From the NCBI GenBank assembly GCA_001724265.1, contig MEDY01000002.1:186001-249647 (forward strand): DNA of 63,647 nt. The letters are read 5' to 3'. Positions 34,998 through 46,700 of this stretch are shown one piece after another. The position numbers and the translations under genes are program-made. Under the pieces are notes generated by a model. The model ran no database searches. It worked only from the letters and a program-made list of their open reading frames with translations, and was not told the DNA's origin. How positions within the stretch are numbered: the first letter of the stretch is position 1; the number at the start of each line of letters is the position of its first letter. Source of the stretch: Rhizaria sp. SCN 62-66. Taxonomy: Eukaryota.

Positions 34998-36712
34998 GCC
35001 GGGTAATGATTCTGACACGTCCTGCGAGCGCATACGACCGATGCCGGCCTGAGTTGGCTGTTGTGTGCGACAGCAATTAGAATGTCACGTTTCATTCACC
35101 CTATGAATCAATATCTGTCATGTTGGTATATTTACTTCATTTCTGTTTTATTTTGTGCTAAACTCAAAGAAATGCACCGTGTCCATCGTGACACATGCGT
35201 TTGTGACTTCTGTGTGTCTGTCTCTCCGTCTGGAAAACATGATTTCTCTTCGTTTTTGTAGCTATATGTATTAGTACGTATTAGTAGTTGTATGAATTGA
35301 GTACTGTCTTGTGTTTGATGTTTTCTGCTTTAGTTACTGTTAAAACTGTTAAAATACCATGTTCAGTGCTGACTTGCTGCGTGAAGAGGCTCTTACAGGC
35401 TGGACGCGCGCGGTTAGAATTTAGACATTCTATTGTTTCGAAAATTGTATATATCACGCCCCACAAAGGCATCCATACATAATAATCTCTCCCATCCGAG
35501 CCACCTCATTGTGTCACTTTCTGAGTATCGTGTTAGTGTTTTTGAGTGCCACCCTCTTGTTGTGCGACGAGCGCGATGAAGCTGATACCTTGCCAAGAGA
35601 AAACTTTGCTGCTGTCACTCAAAACCAAGGGGTACAGATGTGATGCGATGCGTCTGGTCAGCTCGAGTCCCGTGTATTAATCGATATCCTCACTGACGCG
35701 CCAGCAGTGACCGCCATCATAGTGTCAAACTCGCTGCAACACAGCCTAATTCTTGGCGAGCACTGGCTCACGTGCGAAGCTTGTTAGAGATCTATCTTGG
35801 CTTGCACAAGCTTATTTGCTTAGTGCGCAGGCTCCACAGCGTCCACGCTCGCAGCAGTGATGACCAAGACCAGGAAGCTGCAGAATAAGTGCAAATGTGG
35901 GTTGATCTTGAAGTGACCGTGACAGCATATACCAGTGCAAACAAAAGTGCATGGCGCCCACGCTGAAACAATGTCGGGTACGTGTAGCGCATGTTTACAG
36001 TCATTGCTACGTTGCGCGTCCAGACAGCGCATGCGTGGTGTGCGTCGTGGCTTCGTGTAGACAACGTGTCCACCCGCGCAGCAGCGTGAGCGGTGTGTGT
36101 GTGAAGTCAGTCGCCGGTGATGTACAGCCGCGCCAGCAGTAGCAGCACCAAGGCCGTGCGGACGCCCTGCGCCTCGGCCGCCGCGGCGTCGATCAAACGC
36201 GACGTGCTCCGTCACATGGATCTCGAGAATCGTGGGTAGTCGTGCTGAGAGTTGATTGATGACCGTCCGTGAACACTGCGCGTCGCGCCAGCAAGCATAC
36301 GACACATTCTTTGCGTGGTGTTACTAATAGTTTGTTGTTGCTACCATAAGTTTGTTGAAGATAAAATATGCAGCAGTGGCTTAATAAATACACGGTGGAC
36401 ATTTTCTGAAGCCCATGACGAAAATACTTACATAATCGAGTGTGGTCATGTCTTATTGGCAAGCTACCGGACTTGTCTTGGCTCTCAGAACGGATCAACT
36501 AAGGATCAAATTACGACTCGACCTGAATCGTCAATCTCGAATCTTAAGAGCTGTATTTAAACCACTGTATATTTTCCATTTGTTCTTTTTTTCTTTTTCT
36601 GTAATCTTGTATATGCCGCTCTCCTCACATCATCTCCTAAACGCGATTCCCACTGATCTCTTTCGTCGCAGATCCTTCGCTCGTAGTCCACGCACAAGAC
36701 GCAGTCCCGTCA

Positions 36713-39700
36713 ATGCTGCCGATGTCGTCGCGTCTAACGATGGATGATGGTGGTGGCTTTACCACCCCGGCACATCAGCCACGCTACTCTCGCTTAGCCG
36801 CCGTTACAGCGACTCCCATGACAGATGACCATGACTCCGCGCTCCACGCTAGTCAAGTCCCTCTTCACGAGCCTCAGGCACAGTCGTCGTACTCCACTGT
36901 CATGCGCGCGCCTTTCTCGCCGGCGTTGCCCACGACTGCGTCTGCGACTCCGGTGCGTAGTGTGGGTGGGTTTAGCGGCTTCGGCTCGCCGCGCCAGGCC
37001 CCCGCGCCTACCGGTCGGGCTCCGCTTACCGTTGTCTCGACCGCGACGCCTTTCCGCTCACACGCGACGGATACATCTTTCCCCGCTGCGTCTCCTGCTC
37101 ACAGTGTCTACACAGTCCTTTCAACCCCGTACTTGCCTCCAAACGGCAGCTACAACAACTACAGCGCACACCGTGCGACCAGTGCGTTAGCCTCCGCTGT
37201 ACATACAAGCAGTGCGTTTGCCGCCACACCGGCGGCGCGGGCTCCAGCACCTGCAGTGTTGCAGCCATATCTCCCTTAGCAGTCCTCCGCCGCCGCCTAC
37301 ACAGCTGCCTCCGCTGCCTCTGCTTCTCCATGGACCAAGTCCAGCATCAAATCCGAGGCGCCTGCGACTGCTGCGGCTGCTGCTACTGCCACGGCTGCCG
37401 TGGCTGTGACAACGCGCGACGCGCACCGTGCCGCGCGCGCCGACGCAGAGCTGGCAGCGATGCACGCCGACAAGGCGCGGCAAGTACAACAAGCTCTTGC
37501 ACTGCAATCGCGCTCGCCGTCGCACACCAAGCGCAAGGGCGGTGCGAGAGCGATGGGTGACAGCGCCCACAATCACGACAAGATCGGCAACGATAACGAT
37601 GACGATGACGATGACAATGGTGAGAATGACACGAGTGATAGTGACAACGATAATGACATTGCGGCTCATGGGTACGGACTCGTGCCAGTTAACAATAGCA
37701 ATCCCATCAACGACTGCGACATCGACGCTGAGAGTAATCTCAGCGCTAACTCTACTGCGCACAGCGAGGCAGTGAACAAGAGTCTCTTGGCTGCTCTGGG
37801 TGACTCTGGCGCCAACGCTCGTTTTACCAACACCATGACCCGCGTCTGCCCGAACTCTGCTTCATACAGCAACGTCACTAACGGCGGCGTCAGGAGCACT
37901 GGCGCGGCTGCCAAGGGGGCGGACTACTACGCAGCTCTCGCAGCGCGCATTCTCCCCCACATCCAAGCCGAGGCCCTGCGCCTTGCGGCCACCGACGCCG
38001 CCGCCGCATTGGCGACCGCAACAGCTCTGGCGCCGCCTCACGTGACCCGCGCCTGCGCTTTGACCGGGTCGCGCGCGCCCGTTGCAGTTACTCCCGCGGC
38101 TGCAGAGGCGCACTATGCCTCCGCGGTGGCGCGCGCCTCCGCTGCTGCTTCTCCAGCTTCATCGGCGTCAACAGCGTCGTCTAGTGCCGCTTTGACTGGT
38201 ACTAGCGTATCCGCCTCTGTGGCGGCTGACTGGGACGTGACGCGCGCTCTCGGTCCCATGCCTCCGCACGCCAACTCGTGCAAGTATATCTCCAACGCGA
38301 TGGCCGAAGTCACGCCAGCGGACCTCGCGACACTGCGGCCCGGCACGTGGCTTAACGACGAAGTCATCAACGGCTACCTCGCGCTCGTGCTCGACCGGGC
38401 TAAGCGCAGCGCCGGTGACCGCGGTGCCGCGGCCGTTGCCCCGTGGCAGCGGTCCAAGCCGCCGAGCGCGGCGCGGGTGGCTGCGGAGCCTGCGCTTGTG
38501 ACTGGCGCCCCCAATGCAGTCACTGCGGCGGCGCCGGGCGCTCTTGCGCTTGGACGCGCGCGGGCGCAGGCGCGTGCTGATGTTATGGCGCGCGCCAACG
38601 CACGCGTTTATGGCGTCACTGACACCGAGAACCGCAGCAATAATAACATCACAAGCAGTAGCGCTGTAGGCATGGCTGACGGTGATGGTGACCGTGAGTA
38701 CTCACTGCAAGGCCTGATGAGCGCGGTCAATCTCAACGCCCGCGACTCACACACAAACGCCAAAGGGGAGTGCTTTCTGTCGCAGCAGCCGCCCGGTGGT
38801 GGCTATTTGCCAGTGCGCGCCACCAGTCAAACCGCGGCTGCTGTCTCCAAGACCGCTGCAAACGCTGTGACGAGCAACAGCGTGGCCAGTACGATGTCTG
38901 AACTGTTGGCTGGAGTGGGCATGCAATCCCTTGTCCCCACGGTGGCTGCAGCGCGACTGGGTTTGCCTTTGTTGCTCTCATACTTGCCCCTCACGAGCGT
39001 CGCCACAGACAGCGACAACGCTCCCCACAACAGCAATATGGGCGACAGTGCAAGTTCCAGTTCCAGCGCCAGCGCCAGCGCCACTGCGAGTGCAAATGTG
39101 AGTGTGAGCACTGTGTCGCTGTTGGAGACACACCCGCTGCTTCCTGCGACCGCGCCAGAGCACGTCGCGGGCGCGTTAACTGCTAGTTTGACCGCAACAG
39201 CGACTCCTTTGCCGGGGCGGCTTAACATCCACATCTTCCTGTCACAGTTCTTCGCGATCTTTGCACCGAAGCAGCCCGCAAACGGTGGATATCATCACAA
39301 CCACACCGATGAGCACCAGTACGACTACCAGCGCGTGCGCCGTTGGTCCAAGACGGCGCAAGTGCGGATCTGGGGGCTGGACAAGCTCATCTTGCCGTGT
39401 CACGTGCACGGCAACCACTGGACTCTGCTCGTGGCTGACTTTCGCCGCCGCGAGATTCAGTATTATGACTCACTGCAGGGATCGCTACCACGCAGTCACG
39501 TTATGGTGCTGCGGCGGTATCTGTGCGACGAAGCACGCGAGTACGAGCCCGCGCTGCACGCCGCTGCAGAGGCTGCTGCGGCCGAACGCAAAGCCAAGGC
39601 GCTTACGCTTAAGGCGAAGGCTGAGAGCGTCTCGACTGCGGCTGCCGCTGCGGCTGCGGGTGCCAGCATGGGTGAGGACGGCGATTCAGCTCATTCGCAG

Positions 39701-40057
39701 CCGCAGCCGCAGTCGGTGGCGAATGTGGGTGGCCGTGAGCCGTGGTACCGTGGCGTGATGACTGGCTGGCGTGACGTTGTGATGTCGGACATCCCTCTAC
39801 AGGCCAACGGGTACGACTGCGGCATCTTCCTTCTTGGTATGGCGGAGCATGTGGCGCAGGACCGCCCGCTAGGCAAGCACACGCGCATGCGCGTCGTTCG
39901 CCGCACTGTGCCGGGCAGTGATCTCAACGGCAGCGGCGAAAACGCGTCTGTGGTGACGGAAACTGTGAGTAAATTGTGCACTGCGTTCACACAGGAGGAT
40001 GTGCCCATGATGCGACTTCGTATTGCATTGCAGCTGGAGGCCAACCGTCTGGCGTGA
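36713..40057 (+). CDS. Ulp1/SENP-family SUMO protease (peptidase C48), about 1114 aa, with one in-frame TAG
   Basis: DLATLRPGTWLNDEVINGY, RVRRWSK, ILPCHVHGNHWTL, YYDSL and QANGYDCGIF give the His-Asp-Cys triad. ORFs 36713-37279 and 37400-40057 are the same frame joined across TAG 37277-37279. A possible acceptor at 36671 suggests an additional upstream exon. Confidence 0.9.
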
Positions 40058-40786
40058 AAGAACTTATTTTTCATCAATATTGCCGAACTATAGTGTTATT
40101 TATACTGCTTTATTCGCGGAGACGTTGCCTAGCTGGTGTGGCCAGTGAGGAGATATGCAACTCTTCGGTCGAGAGTATGTCCAATTTCATGAATAAAACA
40201 TGTTTTATACTAATTCAACTTGTTCAAACATGATGTGGGTGTCAAAAATCAAACAGCTGCCAGTGTGTTTGTTAAAAACATGAAATCGAAAGCAGCCAGA
40301 GGACTTTGACTGGAGGGCCTTAAACACAGCGAGCCGACAGCGAACCGCCTTTTCAGTGCCTATTGCGAGCCCTTTGGTCGACAGTCTGAAATGATAACAC
40401 GTGTTTATGTAGAATGCGATATATACAATCAACTACATCTATTACACGAACTAATACTGACGTCTACCTTGCGAACTATGTGCTTTGCGTTCCCTTGCTC
40501 AAGCAGTCACTCCAGCCTCGCTCTGGACACTTTCTTCCTCGATAGGCCAATACTAATCAGGCTCTAGAGATAGATAACGTTTTTATACCGTTAATTTGTG
40601 TGTTATATATCTTATTTCTACACAAATTCTTGTATAACAGCTATATAGAGGCTCTAAAAAGCCCGTCTTCTCCTTGCACGTGATCGACTAACGTCTCGCT
40701 CTTTCCGCGGCCTCCCAGTTCCGCCCCGCGCTGCGCGATCGCGCTGTTTGCACTCCATCGCATCCCGCGTATTTTTTGCGTCAGCC

Positions 40787-43700
40787 ATGACCTCTCCTTT
40801 TTGTCTTGGTGAGTCGTCCAACGGCTGTGAACGCCGCGGCGGCCGGCTGCGCAAGTCGTCGTTTCTCACGGCCCTTACATGCATTGCCGTGACTACAGCA
40901 TTATTGTTCGCATCTTTTGTCGACGCATCTGACTCAGCCCTTGTGCCTCACATTAGCTCAGTCTATGCTGCGCCCACTGGCGTTGCATGGGGCGTTAAAT
41001 GCGGCGGAGACACCGTCTCTGCAGCCGACGCCGCCGCCGTGCTCGCAAAGTCGACTGCCGACGAGCTGTTCACACAATCTGGTGTTAGCAGCGACGCTTC
41101 ACTTGCGCACAAGCTCGCCGCGCACATGTTTACTCCCGCAGACGAGGCCGATGACGCTTCGGTGTGGATCGAGTCAGGCGCTCACTGCGCGGACCCGTTC
41201 TCACTCATCAGCGCCTTCGCATACTTTAATATCTCCGCGGCGACCGCGAGCCCGCTGCTGTTGCGCGCCAACATCACCGACTCGGGATCCCCCGCGCGCG
41301 CCACGGTGTTCGCGCGCGAGGAGACCGTTGTCACTTTCTCCTGCTGGAACAATGCTGTTCCAGACCTCTTTGTCATCACTGAGGACGCCTCACCAAACTT
41401 CAACTCAAGCACCAACTCAACCGGCGGCACCAGCGGTGGCAACATCGGCGGCTTGGGCGGCGGTCTCGGCTTCATCATCGGCGGCCCCTGCAGTCTCCCG
41501 CCCTGGTTGCGGCCCGAAGGCACTGTCTGCGACGGCGACGGTGGCGGCGGTGACGACGGTGGGGGTGATGACGGCGGTACTGACACCGGTGGTGGTGACA
41601 CTGGCGGTGGCGGCGACACTGGCGGCGGTGGTGACACTGGCGGCGGTGGTGACACTGGCGGCGGTGGTGACACTGGCGGCGGTGGCGGCACCAACACCAC
41701 GGACCCCACCGACCCCGTTCAAGTGCCTATTAACTTGGATCTCTTTCTTCCTGGCTCCGCGACAGCTCTTATCCCGGCGCTCCCCGCCGCAGCCTCAGCC
41801 TCCAACTCCGACTCAACACCGCAAACCACCGCAAAGGTCTCGCTGACGTGCCGCGGCGGCCGCTGGCACGCGCGCACGCACCTGCGCGAGGCTGCGAGCT
41901 CAACCACGCCCACGGTCGCGGGCGCTGCGATGCTCGGTTCGATCGCGACGCGTGCTGTTGTGCTTGCACATTGCCCCGCGCAGTGCGGCCCACATCCGCT
42001 GGAGCGCGCGCTGCCGCCCCACATGCGGTTGCACTACTCCGCGGACGTTGTTGTCTCGCATGAGCAGGGCATCTTGCCCCCACCCGCTACTGCGAGCGTG
42101 CGGCAGAGCCCGGTCGCCCCCGCTGTGTTCACAGCTGCCAAGGACGCTGCTGTGAGCTCTCTCCCCGGTATTAGCGCTGACGACCTCCCAGGTGTTGGTG
42201 GCGGTCTCATCGACGGTCTGCGCGTCTACAACGACGGCGCGTACGCGCACCTCGTCTGCCGCAACTCCGCGGCGACGTCGAGCGCGGCGCGGCCCATTGC
42301 GACGTACCAGTGCCATGCCTCGGCTACGGGTCCCGGCGAGTGGCACCTCGTCACGTCTTCGGTCCCCGCGACTGTGCCCACCTCTCTCGGCTCTGAGCCC
42401 ACCGCTACGGCGCTTCAGGCCCTCACAGAAAAGCTGCCTTCAGGCGCCACCGACGCTCAGGCGCGCACTGTGCTTGTGATGTGCGCGATGTGTCTCCCGG
42501 TTGTGTGTAAGGCTTTCCCGGAGTCTTACACGTCCACCGTCGGTCTGCTCACCACCTACAGCGTCCTGCCTCTGTACCCCGGCTCACCGGCGCAACACCT
42601 GCGGACAGAGGACTACGCGCCCGTCGCCCTGCCGTTCCGCGGCCGCCGCTACCCCGCCGGCGCAGTCGCCACATTCTCCTGCCCGCTCGGTGGCTTGCCT
42701 GTGCCGCAAAGCACGCTATCCGCGCTGCCCGCGGCGATGCAGTTCGAGTGCCGGCCGCTGCAGGGCGGTGCGTCTCAGGCCCGCGCGTTCGGCGACGCCT
42801 GGTGCGGTTATGCCGACATTGACTGCGCGGCATTGAGCAGCGCCGACTACGGCAACCCGGAAGCCGCCGACGCCGCGGCCGCCGCGCAGACGGGTTTCCG
42901 CCACGGCGCCTGGGTTGCTGTTGCGACGGATCAAACGCTCGGCCGCGGTGTCGGTCTTCCGCAGTGCGTGCCCACCGAGTGTCTGCACTTGCCGCAGTGG
43001 GCGAAGCCGACGACGGCGCGCATCCAGTCCGTGTCCGTGACAGCGTACACTGGCGCTGCATCGGGGCTCAAGACGGAGATCATCACCTCGTGTCCGGAGC
43101 ACTACGTGTCTACGACGCCCGACACGCCTCCTTCGCTCACGTGCGTCGACGGCGTATGGACCAAGCAAAACACTCAATGCCGCCGCAATGATGTGTGCAT
43201 TCTGCCCCTGCATCAGGCCGCGCACACACGGCTCACGTACCTGGCGAATGCGATTACGGGACTGCCGGGCCCGCAGGTCAATGACGATTTGCACGAGTCG
43301 ATGCTGGTGCCGTGGCGCGATGCGAACGAGCGTCACTACCCCATTGGCACGTCGCTGCTGCAGTCCTGCGCCAGCGACGGTGATAACTACAACGTCAACA
43401 GCTCGTCTGTGGTTTGGCGCAAGTGCAACACTGGTGCGCTGCGTGTCGACCCTTCGCGTGCCAGTGAAGTCACCGGTGGTATCCTTCACTACACATCGAT
43501 GTACGCGACCGGCGACGAGGATCTGGACACACTGCCGCTTTGGAGCAACATCACTCTGGCCGCAGGACAGACGTGCACTGAGTCCGTCTGCAGCTCCATT
43601 GCCCGTCTCCGTTGGGCCGGCTTTGACCCCGTGAGCCAGCTTGAGTACACTCAGGTGTCCGGTACTCATCCTGCAGTCGACAGCACGTTTACACTGCATT

Positions 43701-46700
43701 GTGTTGAAGAGGGCTACGAGTCCTTTTCGTCTCACACATGCACCCCGACTGGCAAGTGGTCGCCATTACTGGCCACAGACACCACCGGTGCTGAGGCGCT
43801 GGCGGCGTGCCCGCGCCGATCGTGCTGGCTGCCGCTGCAGCTCGCGCACTCGGGTTCACTCGGGACAGAGGGCTCAATTGTCACACTCAACTCAGGCTCA
43901 ATCGCGACCAACAAGGTCTTCACTGGCTCGGCCGTCGTCAGCGCCACTGACGCCACAGCGCCGCTGCTCGGTGACTTCCTCGGCAAGCTCGCCGACGCGC
44001 GTCTGCCGGTCAAGGTCAAGCCGGGCTCCCAAGTCACAGCGTCCTGCCGCTCCGGCTACGTCGCCGTAGACCAGGACGGCGAGCCGCTGGCGATGCTGAC
44101 TGTCACTGACACATGCAGCGACTATGTGCAGTCCGCGACTGGCTTGACGTATGCCAAGTGGATTTCCGCCAATGTGCCTACCAAGGTGCCCGCGTTTGAC
44201 ACCATCGTACCGGACGCGATCCCTAGTGTCATGATGAAGAACTTCAACTGCAAGCTCGCGCTGTGCTCCGCGATGACTCTCTCTCGCGCGCGTCAGCTGC
44301 TAATGCTGCCCGACGAGGAGCAGGAGGACTACCCCGTGGCCCGCTACCAGCTCACATTCCCCACGCCGTCGTTGGTCAACAGCCTCGGCATGGCCCACGT
44401 GGGCGCGCGCGTGCACTTGCGTTGTGCGCCGGGCTACGCGCCCTCCGCGGCGGCGACTATGGTGGGCGGCCAGCCCCGCGCGTTTGACGGCGACGGCGTG
44501 CTGGCCGCGCAGTGCCGCCAGTCGCAGCCCGGCATGCCCGCGCAGTGGTACCGCCTCAACGCACGGACGACGCCAACGCCGTGTCGCCCGTGCTGGACGG
44601 AGAGACGACACTGTGGTGCGAGAAGCTGCCCGTGCGGTGCTCGATGGACAACGGTTATAATAGTATCTGGAGGTTTAAGGCTGGCCCCTTGCAAAACTTT
44701 TTCCCCAATGAGACTGACCACGCGACGTTTCCTTACGTCAACTCGACGCTGGTTGTCGCGTGTGCCAAAGGCTTCCATACCACGTACTTCCGGCTGACTT
44801 GTGGCGCGGACGGCGAGTGGTTTGGTGACACACCCAAGTGCATGCCCTTGGCGTGTGGCCCCGCGCCCGCGCTTATGTCACCTGGGCTGCGGCTTAGCGC
44901 CTATTTAAGCTACAACCATGATGGACTGGGGCCGTATCCTGACATTATGCTCGAAGAGGATGATTACGCTGGCTTTTATAACATCACCGCATGGCCCACT
45001 GATTCTAAGATGTTTTACAAGTGTCCTGAAGGCACGGTACAATCTGGAGTGACATTCTCCGAATTGTCATCGTCCGTTCGTAACCTTGTGATTACGTGCA
45101 CATCGAATGCTGCCTCAACTGCGAGCTCCTGGTCAATGACCTATGATGAGCTCGTTGCGGCCTACTCCTGCTCCCAGATTGTCTGTGAAGACATTACCCC
45201 CTATTTGCAGGACTACGTGGTTAACACCTCATCAGCAGTGCAGCCGAACACGTCGACTGTGTACACACATGTGGGCTCGCACATAGTGCTTTCGTGCCCG
45301 GAGGGGCTGTATGGTGCGGATGCTGTGCTTGTCTGTGGTGATACCGGCGGCTGGAGTGGAGCGGTGCCTGTGTGCACTCCACGTTATGCATGCCCTGCGT
45401 TGACATCAACGACTATTCCCAAGCAACCGTTGTCCGTGGCTGATGGTGGCGAGACACTCTTACCCCAATTTGTGAATATTGACATCATCACCAATGCTAC
45501 CAACAAGACCGACGGTATGATTGTTGCTGACCGATTTGTTGCCCCCTCAGGCAGCTACAGCTCTGGCGCCGTCGCCAAGTACACATGTTCAAGTGACGCG
45601 CCGCAGCCCTTTGGCAGCTCCGTCGCACCGCTGTATCGTGTGTGCGACAGCACCACGGGCAAGTGGTCGTGGGCGAGCAATGCTAAGGACTTCGCGTGCG
45701 TGCCTGCTAAGTGCCCCGCGCTTGACACAGTCATGTCCGCACATCACGCAATCTTGATCGGTGTTGCCGTCGCTGGCGCTACGTATAGCGATGACACCGA
45801 CCTCACGCCTGCCAGCGCAGTTACGAGTGGCACCCCGGGACAGATCGTATCTGTTCGCTGCCGCAATCCCTTGCGCCCGGCGGCTCTCGACTGGGTTCAG
45901 GTCACCTGCGACTCCGAGACCCGCGGATGGGCGTACGACTCGGTCAAGATGGCTCAGTGCCTCGACCTCCAGTGCGCGCGCCCCACGCTCGGCTCGTACA
46001 TGGTCTTCAACACGACCACGACGGCAATCACGCACACTGCGTTCGCGCGCCCGGGCAAGCACCCCTCGACGCGCTCCCCGCGGACGCTGCTGATGCGCTG
46101 CGAGGACGCCGATGGCGTGGGCGCGCGCTGGACCAACGCCACTCTTCTGGCGCGCAAGGCGTATACCTCCACTGCGCCCACTGGCCTCGGTGGCATTCCT
46201 TTAGCGGCTCCGGAGTTCGTGTGTCAGACCGTTGTTTCGACAGCAAAGTGTGACTCGTTGTCATGGCAACTTAGCTCGTTGATCTTGCCGCATGTGTTAG
46301 CTGGTGCGTATGAATACTGGTATGTCGGCTCTGTCGCAGGTCTGGAGTGTCCTCCGACCGCATCGTCTGACTTGAACTCTCCTCCCTCTCTGTTTGCTCT
46401 TGATTATGGTAGCAATAGCAACAGTAATATTGTGGCTACTGTCAACACAAGTGTGAGTCGTCAGTTATTCCGCATGCGCACTCTGGCAGCTATTGCTGCG
46501 AATACTGCGGCTGCCGCTTCAAGTGTCGGCTCAAGCTCTATCTCAATGAATGCTTTGGAGACTGAGGACGATGACAATCTTGATGACCCAGCTTACTTCC
46601 GTCCTAGCATCATCTACTGCTCTGCTGACAAGACCTGGGTCGGTTACTTCCCCGCATGTGGCACAGCGGACACTGCTTTGTACACCGGCTGTGGGGCGCC

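Noticed and set aside
7671-37279. A-to-I editing (UAG to Trp) or pseudogenisation as the explanation for the TAGs
   Set aside because: Trp fits poorly in Gln-rich low-complexity tracts, and the four genes show no frameshifts or other stop types. Disfavoured rather than formally excluded without RNA data.
44548-44604. Small intron (GTACCG...AG) as the fix for the receptor frameshift
   Set aside because: GC-rich, no pyrimidine tract, much shorter than the other introns, donor deviates from GTMCGY, and it would disrupt the Sushi Trp-Cys region.
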